Source: Massalongia carnosa (Eukaryota). Taken from it: DNA of 64,000 nucleotides. A program made the position numbers and the translations under genes. Positions 12,501 through 22,687 of the stretch are shown here, in pieces. The notes below the pieces were generated by a model, which saw only the letters and a list, made by a program, of their open reading frames with translations, made no database searches and was not told the origin of the DNA. Position 1 is the first letter of the stretch. Each line of letters begins with the position of its first letter. Location of the stretch: the NCBI GenBank assembly GCA_965645245.1, contig OZ287081.1, forward strand, positions 248,001 to 312,000, in the 5' to 3' direction.

Positions 12501-13626
12501 TATCGTGGACAGATTGACCAAACGTAGGTTGTACGAACCTATGGTGGATATAGGCACGAAGGACGTACTAGAAGTCCTCAAACGTCGGGTCTTTTCAACA
12601 TACGGCTTGCCAAACTCCATCGTCCACGATCGCGGGACGCAATTGACAGCCCATCTGTGGAAGCGAATTTGTCAGCGATTTGGAGTCAAATCGAAACCGT
12701 CCTCCGCGCATCATCCAGAAACAGATGGTCAAACCGAAAATGCGAATAAGGTTATGAAGAACTACCTGAGAGCATACGTCAGACATGCTCAAGACGACTG
12801 GGTGGACTACTTACCAGATGCCGAATTTGCAGTCAATAATCATACGAACGCTTCAACCGGAATGTCCCCCTTCTTCGCTGATCACGGTTATCACCCTCGT
12901 AGTGGCTCGGAGCCGCCTCAGCCTTTTGACTCAAATGTCACCGGACGCGCGGAACTGATTTCGGCAGACAAAATAACCGCCCGACAAGAAGCCATGACCA
13001 AATGGCTTATCGAGCACCTAACCTGGGCACAGGCAGATCAGATGAGATATGCCAATGAGTCGCGGGCCCCACATCCAGACTACAAGATAGGAGACATGGT
13101 ATATGTCAACACCAAAGATTTCTCCGTCGACAAGCAGAGTCGCTCCCTGAGTTCCAAAAACGCGGGGCCATGGAAAATCATCCGAAACATAGATAACAAG
13201 GCCTATGAATTGGAAATTCCCGAACACTTGAAAAGAGTGGGGCTCACACCCATATTTCATCCATGGAAACTTCATCTGGCTCCTACGAACCCATTCCCCG
13301 GTCAACTTATTGAACCGGGTCCCCCGATACTGATTCAAGAAGACGCCGAATCCAGTCCTCATGAAGAATATGAAGTCCTCGAAATCGTCGACTGCCGTGA
13401 AACTAAGAAATACGGCACTCAGTATAAAGCAACCTATATCGGCTCATGGGATGACTGGAACGCAAACCCACCTTGGCAGCCATGGACTGATTTCATTCGC
13501 GCCAAAGAAGAAATCAGAAAATTTCATACAGACAATAAAGGAAAACCCAACGCCCCAAAGGATGTCCTATTCATGAATAACAGTCAACCATCGACGTCCG
13601 GAGCCGCCGTCTCAGAGGAGGGGTAG
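9557..13626 (+). pseudogene. pol: pol of element B (PR-RT-RH-IN-chromo), one frameshift near 10530
   Basis: MIDNGS protease, YLDD RT, TDAS RNase H, HHCC plus DDE integrase, chromodomain-like tail; ORFs 9557..10609 and 10570..13626. Confidence 0.93.
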
Positions 13627-13799
13627 GGTCAGGGTCCTGAGGTCACCTGACATCAGACTAGCATCGATTAGGTAATGTGCCGAGGAACCGACTTTTCAGG
13701 GGTTATATAGAACTCCGCCCGAGTAAAGCTTTTAGACTTCGTCTGAAGATTTTGGTGTAGAACTAGGCTATTGAAATTGAACTCGTTTTATCCCTCACA
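13627..13799 (+). repeat. 3' LTR of element B
   Basis: Direct repeat of 5580-5752; starts GG instead of TG. Confidence 0.95.
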
Positions 13800-13877
13800 A
13801 CCACTCTCTATTCGTACATTCATCACGAATCCATATAGTAGTCACGCTGTTAGATTTGACCCCTTACATTTCTCTTT

Positions 13878-13935
13878 ATCTTTATTGTATTCGTTTATAG
13901 TGTCCCTATGACTTGTCTCTAGGTAGATCATAACA
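13878..13935 (+). repeat. 3' remnant of an LTR, same family as the solo LTR at 58233-58483
   Basis: atctttattgtattcgttt(a/c)tagtgtccctatgacttgtctctaggtagatcataaca is shared with the end of the 58.2-58.5 kb LTR. Confidence 0.8.
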
Positions 13936-15841
13936 CTTATTCAAGTTTCATATCTAGTCATATCTGGATAAGTGAGCGAGTATCCCTTCGTCTGGCAATT
14001 TGGTAGCCACCTTAAATAGGCTTAGTGAGATACCGTAGGGCTGAGTCGCGAACTTCAAAACATTCTCCCCTTTTTTGTAAATAAGAAGGTAAACATCAGT
14101 TGAAAATTATTAAAACATCTACACTTTGTTTAGAATAATCATGAGAGGCATTGACATAGAAGTTCCTGACCAATCAGACGCTTTGCCCCCCTCAATTCTG
14201 AAAGAACAGGCCAAAAAGAATAAACCCAGCGTACAAAGCATAATTGACTCCATGCCCCCTCCGTCATCAAATTATTGTCCAATTTCGATCCCATTTCGAA
14301 ACCACAGCCGGACGAGACGTTGCGCTTGATAAATCAGACTCCTTTCAGTTTATTCTGCCTCTTCTTTAGCTTTGAAATGCTTGAAATCATAGCTAAAAAC
14401 ACCAATCTTAAAGCGAAAAAGAAGTATGCCCTAAACGACATCAAGAGACGTCAATGGCATGACACCTCTTCTTCTGAAGTAGGAGCTTTTCTGGGAATTC
14501 TGTTATATATGGGGTATACACTGATGCCACGTCTTACTGACTATTGGAACACGTCTCCTAAATTTGCCATACATGACATGGTGATTCAAGCCATGAGTCT
14601 TCGAAGATGGGAGCAACTCAAGCGATTTTTGAAGATATCCAACCCCGACGAAGATGAGATCATTGATACTCGAGGCCCTGATTGGTGGAAAAAGCTGGAA
14701 CCATTGGCCACAGACTTTCGAAAAGCATCAAAGAAATACTGGATTCCTGGAAGTCATGTGTCAGTTGACGAGCAATTGATTTTATTCAGGGGTAGGAGCT
14801 GCCATACTATGCAAATAGCCACCAAGGCGGCTGGTGTAGGCTTCAAAATCTATAGTTTATGTCAGGAAAATTATCTTATTTACCTCCAAGGTGAGTAGAA
14901 AAGGCCTCAATTTGCATCGTACTAATTGCAAGACAGGTGTCCAAAATTAGTGAGTTAAAAACGCCTGGACAATTGAAATTTCCGACAACCAAATGGGATT
15001 TGTCTCCTTCCTCCCTAGTCGTCATTCAACTGGCTCGAAGTTTACCGTCTGATGAAGGCTTGAAATACGTCATCTTTCTGGACAACTTCTTCACAAATAC
15101 GAAGCTATTCAAAGCTCTGAAAACCATTGGAATTGGTGCCTGTGGGACGGCTAAGTCAGGATGCGGTTTTCCTGTTGATCTTCTACGTCTGAGGGTTGCA
15201 GCCACCAAGAATAAGGACTGGGGAAAGAAGGCATTGATGACGGTACCTGCAAATAAAAGTAAAAAATCAAACATTGATGACGGGGACATTCTGTGTATGG
15301 CATGGGTGGATTTAAACACCGTGCAATTCATGACCACGGTTCATACAATTGAGGATTTGAAGACTTCTTTCTACAAGAATTCCCGTCGACGTCACGGAAT
15401 TCCTGCAAATTCTAGAGTCATCGTTGATGATGAAGAAGAAAAGCTTCCATTTCCCATGCCCATCGTGGAATATAACCAGCACATGGGCGGGTCAGATGGG
15501 AATGCTCAGCAAAGAGCATATTATTCACCTCAAAGATCTGATCGTCGCTACTAGTGGTCAATTTTCATCTTTCTTCTGGATGCAGCCGTTCTAAATGCCT
15601 TCAAATTGTGGAGAATTCTGTATCCGAATTCAACACTCAGCCATTTGGACTTTCAAAAAGAAATAGTAAATGCCCTACTATCCAATCAAGCCGGTGCCCT
15701 ACGGAAACGTCCGACAGATGTCATAGTTACTACTAATCAAGACGTTAATAAAGACGTCGAGTCAACTTGCAAATGGGAGCATTTGAATAAGAAGGACTAT
15801 TGTTTGGCCCGCAAAAGGCAAGTGCCAAGACTCAAACGACG

Positions 15842-16218
15842 TGTAAGACGTATGCTTCTACTCAGAGGGCGTGTTGGTCACGTGAATGGGGTGTCTCAAT
15901 AATGTATGTTATTGATCTATGCCCTTAGAATAAGGTGGGCATCGACCTCTTTATGCTACAGACGTGTCTCCCCCTAAGACTCCCTTATCGGATAGCCCCC
16001 AGCTATCTGATTGGTCCAAATGGCTCCCGGCCCCTTTGGGCGGTTAGTGCCATCCTACATGGGTTTCCAGCCGTCCCCCTCGCCAGCCGTCCCCCTGAGA
16101 CGGCATGTGGCCGACAGCGGAATCAGCCCATTAGGGTCGGGCCGGGTTCGGCGGCCGAGTCCATGCTGATGCCCCTTTTCCGTATCCTTCTCCGTAGTCT
16201 CTATGGCAGGTCCTGACA
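15842..16218 (-). repeat. 3' LTR of element C
   Basis: tgtaagac...cctgaca; direct repeat of 22311-22687. Confidence 0.95.
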
Positions 16219-16423
16219 TTATCCTCCCCCTAGGGCTCATGTCGCAGGAGGCTTCGACTCACGTGATATCTTCTTTTCGTTGTTGGTGATATTCTTTGTT
16301 GTCGGATGCCCTCGTAATGCCAGTAATTCGAGCATAAATAGCCACTTGGCCTGTCTATCTCCCCTCAGTAGTCCCCAATCCATGACTTACTTTTCATCAG
16401 TTCAATCCTCCAATTTCCCAATT

Positions 16424-16983
16424 ATGTCTGATGTACCACCCCCCGCCGCCAGTCGCCGTCGGCCACCCCGAGCGTACGATGTCCATTTGCCCGACTTTCC
16501 TCCCCCTGCTGCAGCGGTGCGGGTGCCTCCCAAATGGGTCGGCCCCACTTCGGAGGCTTCTCTCTGCCATCGGTGTTCCCAACACAATCCTGAACTTAAT
16601 TTCAACTGCACCACCGATAACCAGCCTCGGGGAAGTGCGCTGATTGCATTCGTCGAAAGGAGGTTTGTCGCCCGATCCCAGTTCCTTTTCGGCGGACGGT
16701 CCTTCGGTTGCTGTAAGAGGCAACCGCCATCAACAACCTGCCGACCCCAAATCGGGCCCGGTTCGCTGCTCTCGCTGCCAAGCATGAGCGATATGTCGCC
16801 CGTGTGGCCATTTGGGAGCGCGCCCGTGCCAAGGCCTTGAAAACCGACAGCGTGGAGGGACTAGATGCCCTTGCGCAGATCCGACGGCAGGCCTTTGAGA
16901 CCGACGCCCTACTTCGGTGGGAAAAGGGGCTTCCCGTGACCGTCCCGGAGGGTGAGGAACAGGTGTCGGATCATGAGGGGTAG
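16424..16983 (+). pseudogene. Antisense accessory gene inside element C, about 186 aa with a Zn2Cys6-like motif (frameshift near 16628, TAA at 16714)
   Basis: MSDVPPP...LCHRCSQHNPELNFNCTTDNQP joined across a -1 shift to GKCADCIRRKEVCRPIP...RLL*EATAINN...SDHEG*. Confidence 0.6.
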
Positions 16984-17083
16984 CTAGCTTTCTTTTTAGC
17001 AATAATCAAAGCTGTTTACTTAACTGTGTCTTAGGTCGATAAGATAAGATTATATTTTTCGCATGCCCGGTATGGGAAAAGAT

Positions 17084-20000
17084 CTATTTGCTTATCTTTC
17101 TTCTCTTTTCCCCGCTTTTCGACGGGTTCGATGGGTATGTCCGATGATAAATCCTAATTAGGTCTTGTGACCCTTCCATGTCTTCCAATGACAGCCATTG
17201 ATTGTCCAAATCCGGATATCCTTTCCATTTGACCAGATATTGCAGTTTCCCGTATCGGATTCGACTGCTCAGTACCTCCTCCACCTCGTATTGCTCCTCG
17301 CCGTCGACCTCGATGGCCGGGGGGAGCTCAGGACCTCTTGCTGAGTCTTCATTGTATGGTTCTAGAAGGTTGACGTGAAAGACGTCGTGGACGCCTTTTA
17401 GTAGCGGCGGTAGTTTCAGACGATACGTTTGCTTTCCTATAACCTTGGTTATCTCATAAGGACCGTAGTATTTATAGTCCAGTTTCTTTGAAGGCCTAGT
17501 AGATGAGATGTTTTTAGCATTAAGTAGTACCTTGTCCTTGACCCGATAGGTCATCGGGGTGTGCTTCTGATTGTAGTACTTAGCTTGATCTGATGATGCT
17601 TTTTGCAGCAGAGTTTCGAGACGACGTCTCTTTTCGAGCGTTTCTATCGCCCTGTCTTTCGCTGCTGGCGTTTCCTTTTCGGTTTTCGTTATTTCCTCCT
17701 CCCACCTCGGTGCCTCTCCGAAAAGGGCCTCGAATGGGGACATTTTCAGTACGCTATGCCGACTGTTGTTGTAGGCGTATTCTGCCATCGGTAGCCAGTA
17801 CACCCAGTCGTCTTGTTGATAATTGACGTAGCAACGAAGGTACTGTTCCAACGTCTGGTTTTGACGTTCCGTTTGCCCGTCGGTCTGGGGGTGAAAGGCC
17901 GTACTGTAATTGAGCCGTACCCTCAGATGATAGCAAAAGTTGGACCAGAAATTCGAGGTGAACAGGCTTCCCCTGTCGGTCACCAGCGAGACCGGCATTC
18001 CAAAGCGGGTGAAGACTTCTTCTACCAGGGCGTCGGCAAGGTTCTCCGCCGTCCAGTCTTTCCTGGCCGCGATGTATCGGGCGTACTTTGTATACCTGTC
18101 AACAATTACTAGTATTGCATCAAAAATAAGGGTGCGGCGGATGCTCGGGGGCAAATCCGTAATGAAATCTAGTGTCCAATTCTGTCTTGGACCCAGAGGT
18201 ACTGGCAAGGATTCTAATTCGCCGAATGGTCTATGCCTGACTGCCTTGACTTGATGACAGCGAGTACAGGTATCAACGTAGTGCTTGACATCAGGGACCA
18301 TTCGGGGCCAGTAGTATTTTCGTTGGAGAAGTTCTGTCGTTCTGAGGGTACCGAAATGCCCTGCGTTTGGATCATCATGATTCCTTTTTAGCAGTTCGTT
18401 TCTCAGCAATCCAGGCGGTATATACCACCTGTTATTTCGACAGAGGATGTCATCTTTGAGATGCCAGAGCCCGTCTTCTTTCTCATCGGCAGGAAGGTCG
18501 TCTCCTGCGACCCCCTCCATTCCCTCGGTGGGCTGCCTCTGACCATCCCTTTCCTGATCCAGCTCTCCCTGCAACGACGATGCGGCGAGGGGCCGTCTTC
18601 GCTTCGCAAGGTGATCAGTCTCTTGAAGAATACGAAGGACGGTGCTGAGTTCCAGGGGGGGCGATGCAAAGGCAGCTTCCGACTCAGTCACGTCTAGGAC
18701 GCGCTGGCTTAATGTGTCCGAGTCCCTCTCGGCCTCGACGAGTCGGAATCCCACAGGCTTGGAGTCAGCCGCGGTCTCGTCTGACTTCGGAGGGGCAGGC
18801 TTTTTGCCCTTTTTCTTCCCCCCCTTGGTCCTTCTCATTGCCGCCTGGATATCAGGATCCGACGCCCGTGCAGCATTCGGGGTGGTATCCATCCCTACGA
18901 CAGCAATTGAGGATTCCGTGCGCGTCTCCGGTGGAGTATTGTTGAAGACGAAGGATTCCTTCGGCCCTTGACCGACTTCATCTGAAGAAACTAATGCGTA
19001 GGCTCTCGTTTGATATACCTCGCTTTCCCCCCCGACGACCCCCTGACCCAGCAGCGTGGCCTCGTCTTGACGATGCAAGCCTGGCCCTGCGTAGTCCGGG
19101 CGTCGCGAGGGTCCATCTGCCGGATTATTCCGACCAGGTCTGTACTCGAGCTGTAGGTCTAGACTGGATAGTCTTTCCCACCAACGCGCTTCGCGTCTAG
19201 ATAGTGTTTTGGTTGTGAAAAAGGTGCGAAGGTTTCCATGATCGGTGAGCACTTTGACGGGGAAGTTTGCCCCTTCAAGATAGTGTCTCCAATTTTTGCA
19301 CGCTTCCACGATTGCTAACATTTCCTTCTCCCCGACCCCATAATTGATTTCTGCAGGGGTCATTTTCCGGGACCAGAAGGCGATCGGGTGCCATTGGCCC
19401 GTTTCTTCGACTAGTTGACTGAGGATTCCTGATAGGGCGAAATCTGACGCATCCGTCTCGAGCTTAATACGCCTTGCAGGATCGAAATGCAGCAACATTG
19501 GGGCGCTAGTGAACGCGATTTTTAACGCCTCAAAAGCCCCCTTTGCCTTGTCCGTCCACACGAACTTCCCCCGGAAACGGCCTTTGTCCCCACCTTTCAG
19601 CAAGGAAGTGATTGGCGCCACTATGCGCGAGAATCCTTTGATGAAGCGTCTATAGAAGTTGGCGAATCCAAGAAAGACTTGAACTTCTCGATGAGATTTC
19701 GGCTCCGGCCATTGCGTCACCGTAAAAATTCGTCCTGGGTCCATGGCGATGCCTTTTCGGGAGAGTATGTAGCCCAGGAAGTCCAGCTCGTACGCGTGGA
19801 AGATGCATTTCGATAACTTTGCGTGTAGTTTCCATTTCCGCAATTGATCCAGAACCCATCGAACGTGGCCCGAATGCTCCTCTTCCGTCTTGGAGAAGAT
19901 GAGGATGTCGTCAAGATATACTACTACGAACTGGTCGAGATTCTCTTTCAACACCTCGTGAATGAACGCTTGAAAGGAGGCGGGGGCATTGACCAGTCCG

Positions 20001-21163
20001 AAGGGCATGACTCTATACTCAAAATGGCCATATCTACATCTGAAGGCCGTCTTCCATTCGTCCCCGGCGGCGATTCGGAGGGTGTTGTATGCGTCCCTCA
20101 AATCCAACTTGGTGTAGATAGCCGACCCGCTGACGATGTCGAACAGCCCCTGGATCAGGGGTAGAGGGTACTTATTCTTAATCGTAGCAGCATTTAGGGC
20201 CCGATAATCGACACAGAGACGTAGACTACCATCTTTCTTCTTGGTGAATAGGACGGGCGCGCCTAGTCGTGAGGTGCTATGGGTAATATACCCTTTTGCC
20301 AGGTTGTCGTCGATGTAGTCTTTTAGGGTTTCTAGTTCGGTGAGGGAGAGGTTATACATGGGCCGGGTCGGGGGTGGTTCGCCTTCCAGATTGATTTTAT
20401 GGTCGTGGGGCCCTCGTTCTGGTAGCACTGAAGCTTTTTCATTGGAGCAGACGTCACTGTAGGATTGATACAGAGGCAGAAGTTTATTGCTAGACGTAGA
20501 GATGGCACCAACTATTGACTCCGACTCCGGGCTCCCACCGAGCACTTCCCGAATGTCTATTAGGAATGCGTCGACGCCCTCGCATTCGCAGATGTCAAAG
20601 ATCTCCTGCTCACTCACCATTGCCACTACTGGGAGATTGATACTTCGATGAGGGGTTTCCTCATCGCCTACAGTGACCCCGGGACGTTCCCCTGGCAGGT
20701 CATCTCGTACTTCACCCTCGATGAGGTGGCTTTCATGGATTATCCTCCTTTCGCGCCAGCCGATGGATGGATTGGCATGACCCAACCAGGGCAAGCCCAG
20801 GATCATGTCCACCCCATACATGTCTGACGCGACGAACGCCTGCTCGGCCACTCGCTCAAGACCATTGTCATCAACAACCCCGACGCGCAGGGCATGATCA
20901 AAATAAGTCTGGAAGGGGGTTCCATCGAGAGTTTTCAACCCAGATGGTGGAGGGGAGCCGGGAGGATCTCGAACACCTACCTCATTTAGCCAGGTTTGAG
21001 CGATAAGGTTCCAAGTTGCTCCGCAGTCGATCATTGCTCGGACACGATGCTGACTGTTGTCGTAATATAGGAAAACCGTTGAGAAGAGGTGGCGGCATGG
21101 GGATTTCCTCATTTGCCGGGCCAATACGACGGAGGCAACGTCTATTGGCCCCGACCTTTTCCC
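17084..21163 (-). CDS. pol: pol of element C (PR-RT-RH-IN-chromodomain), reached by -1 frameshift
   Basis: Uninterrupted frame of 1386 codons with MIDCGA, YLDD, TDAS, HHCC, DDE and chromodomain EQYEVEEVL...YLVKWKGY. Confidence 0.95.
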   Translation of the reverse strand, partial: GKRSGPIDVASVVLARQMRKSPCRHLFSTVFLYYDNSQHRVRAMIDCGATWNLIAQTWLNEVGVRDPPGSPPPSGLKTLDGTPFQTYFDHALRVGVVDDNGLERVAEQAFVASDMYGVDMILGLPWLGHANPSIGWRERRIIHESHLIEGEVRDDLPGERPGVTVGDEETPHRSINLPVVAMVSEQEIFDICECEGVDAFLIDIREVLGGSPESESIVGAISTSSNKLLPLYQSYSDVCSNEKASVLPERGPHDHKINLEGEPPPTRPMYNLSLTELETLKDYIDDNLAKGYITHSTSRLGAPVLFTKKKDGSLRLCVDYRALNAATIKNKYPLPLIQGLFDIVSGSAIYTKLDLRDAYNTLRIAAGDEWKTAFRCRYGHFEYRVMPFGLVNAPASFQAFIHEVLKENLDQFVVVYLDDILIFSKTEEEHSGHVRWVLDQLRKWKLHAKLSKCIFHAYELDFLGYILSRKGIAMDPGRIFTVTQWPEPKSHREVQVFLGFANFYRRFIKGFSRIVAPITSLLKGGDKGRFRGKFVWTDKAKGAFEALKIAFTSAPMLLHFDPARRIKLETDASDFALSGILSQLVEETGQWHPIAFWSRKMTPAEINYGVGEKEMLAIVEACKNWRHYLEGANFPVKVLTDHGNLRTFFTTKTLSRREARWWERLSSLDLQLEYRPGRNNPADGPSRRPDYAGPGLHRQDEATLLGQGVVGGESEVYQTRAYALVSSDEVGQGPKESFVFNNTPPETRTESSIAVVGMDTTPNAARASDPDIQAAMRRTKGGKKKGKKPAPPKSDETAADSKPVGFRLVEAERDSDTLSQRVLDVTESEAAFASPPLELSTVLRILQETDHLAKRRRPLAASSLQGELDQERDGQRQPTEGMEGVAGDDLPADEKEDGLWHLKDDILCRNNRWYIPPGLLRNELLKRNHDDPNAGHFGTLRTTELLQRKYYWPRMVPDVKHYVDTCTRCHQVKAVRHRPFGELESLPVPLGPRQNWTLDFITDLPPSIRRTLIFDAILVIVDRYTKYARYIAARKDWTAENLADALVEEVFTRFGMPVSLVTDRGSLFTSNFWSNFCYHLRVRLNYSTAFHPQTDGQTERQNQTLEQYLRCYVNYQQDDWVYWLPMAEYAYNNSRHSVLKMSPFEALFGEAPRWEEEITKTEKETPAAKDRAIETLEKRRRLETLLQKASSDQAKYYNQKHTPMTYRVKDKVLLNAKNISSTRPSKKLDYKYYGPYEITKVIGKQTYRLKLPPLLKGVHDVFHVNLLEPYNEDSARGPELPPAIEVDGEEQYEVEEVLSSRIRYGKLQYLVKWKGYPDLDNQWLSLEDMEGSQDLIRIYHRTYPSNPSKSGEKRRKISK

Positions 21164-22245
21164 GGCCGGCGGGACGATCCCCGCGGCGACGGCCGGGACC
21201 GACATTCGAATTGAAGGTGCCCCATTTTCCCGCAGTTCCAGCAATCCTTATCCGACCGATTTCCTTTTGGTCTCGTAGGGGGCGGGGCTTCTTGATCTTG
21301 CTGATCTTCCTGATCATCCAGCTTTCTTTTGTTTGATTGGTGGTTCGGATTAATCACGGGTGCCTGTGGAGCGTCAGCGGGTCCATCTTCTTCAGGTTTG
21401 GGGGTTGAGGAAGATTGATTGTTTCGATTTTGATTCCGGCTTTTATTGAAAGTCTTCTTCCATCCATCGGGTTTTGGCTCAACCCTTTCCGCAATCCTCA
21501 CCGCCTCGACCAGTTCCGCCCTGGTCGTCCCCTGACTATCCGCCCGGATCACAGCCGTCTTCAAGTAGTCGTGCACGCTGTGTAGGAGGTTGGAATGCTT
21601 CTGCATTTCCGTGGGGGGTTCGGGGAGTTGAGCTTCTAGGCTTTCCAGATATGTGACAAAATCGGACACGGTCTGCCCCTGGAATTGGCGCAATTTCTTC
21701 AGTTGTCCCCCCAGATCCATCAAGCGTAGATGCTTCGGTTTGAGCTTTTCCTGGAGGAAGTCAGCAAAGATTTTCCAGGTGAGCTCACCTTCCGCCGCCT
21801 TCGTCGTCGCTTCCTTCTCACGGTGCCAATCGTCGGCAGGGGCTCCGGATAGATAGTTCTCGGCGTAGAGGACCTGTGCCGAGGGCGATTCGTATGTGAC
21901 TGGCTTCTGCAGAAAAGTTCTCTTGCAGTCACGTAGGAATGTGTCAAACGCCCGCTGATTGTCGCCGGCGTAGGTCGTCGGGTCTACGGAACGAAGAGAC
22001 CTTTCCAGGGCCAGCGGGTCGACGGGTTTGGTTCGATCCGTGAGAGTGGGGAAGCCGGCGGCCTTTTCCTTCTTCAGGTCCTCCAGCGTTTTGGCTAGGT
22101 GCGCCTGCTTCCGTTCAGCCTCAATGGCCTCAACTTCTCGCTGCATGTCTGCCATGGTGGCGGAAATTAGGGTCTCGTCCGGGTTAGGTGTCGGGTTCGC
22201 CCCGGAAGCGGTGGACGAAGACATTTGCGATCTAGTTAATACCAT
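21142..22245 (-). CDS. gag: gag of element C
   Basis: 367 aa with CWNCGKMGHLQFEC knuckle. Confidence 0.92.
   Translation of the reverse strand: MVLTRSQMSSSTASGANPTPNPDETLISATMADMQREVEAIEAERKQAHLAKTLEDLKKEKAAGFPTLTDRTKPVDPLALERSLRSVDPTTYAGDNQRAFDTFLRDCKRTFLQKPVTYESPSAQVLYAENYLSGAPADDWHREKEATTKAAEGELTWKIFADFLQEKLKPKHLRLMDLGGQLKKLRQFQGQTVSDFVTYLESLEAQLPEPPTEMQKHSNLLHSVHDYLKTAVIRADSQGTTRAELVEAVRIAERVEPKPDGWKKTFNKSRNQNRNNQSSSTPKPEEDGPADAPQAPVINPNHQSNKRKLDDQEDQQDQEAPPPTRPKGNRSDKDCWNCGKMGHLQFECRSRPSPRGSSRRPGKGRGQ
21157..21163 (-). promoter_or_regulatory. -1 ribosomal frameshift slippery heptamer G_GGA_AAA
   Basis: XXXYYYZ heptamer in gag frame four codons before the gag stop; pol lies in the -1 frame. 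Confidence 0.7.
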
Positions 22246-22310
22246 AGGTTGAAATGTCGAGGTAATGAGGAATGACCAACGGGCTCCCTAGAAGGTTGGA
22301 TAGATCAAAG

Positions 22311-22687
22311 TGTAAGACGTATGCTTCTACTCAGAGGGCGTGTTGGTCACGTGAATGGGGTGTCTCAATAATGTATGTTATTGATCTATGCCCTTAGAAT
22401 AAGGTGGGCATCGACCTCTTTATGCTACAGACGTGTCTCCCCCTAAGACTCCCTTATCGGATAGCCCCCAGCTATCTGATTGGTCCAAATGGCTCCCGGC
22501 CCCTTTGGGCGGTTAGTGCCATCCGACATGGGTTTCCAGCCGTCCCCCTCGCCAGCCGTCCCCCTGAGACGGCATGTGGCCGACAGCGGAATCAGCCCAT
22601 TAGGGTCAGGCCGGGTTCGGCGGCCGAGTCCATGCTGATGCCCCTTTTCCGTATCCTTCTCCGTAGTCTCTATGGCAGGTCCTGACA
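22311..22687 (-). repeat. 5' LTR of element C
   Basis: Direct repeat of 15842-16218. Confidence 0.95.

Larger units (their letters stand above)
5580..13799 (+). mobile_element. Ty3/Gypsy chromoviral LTR retrotransposon B, full length, interrupted by piggyBac-like element 1
   Basis: 173-bp LTRs at 5580-5752 and 13627-13799; 5-bp TSD ACCAC (5575-5579 and 13800-13804); purine tract before the 3' LTR; gag-pol domains. Confidence 0.97.
15842..22687 (-). mobile_element. Ty3/Gypsy chromoviral LTR retrotransposon C, full length, gag and pol intact
   Basis: 377-bp LTRs at 15842-16218 and 22311-22687 (two differences seen); TSD CGACG; PPT tagggggaggataa on the minus strand. Confidence 0.97.

Noticed and set aside
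15935..16216. 93-aa ORF duplicated at 22404-22685
   Set aside because: Lies within the LTRs; the duplication is explained by LTR identity.
16219..17083. env-like third ORF in element C
   Set aside because: Sense-strand ORFs are short with no signal peptide or transmembrane segment; the antisense frame is more protein-like.
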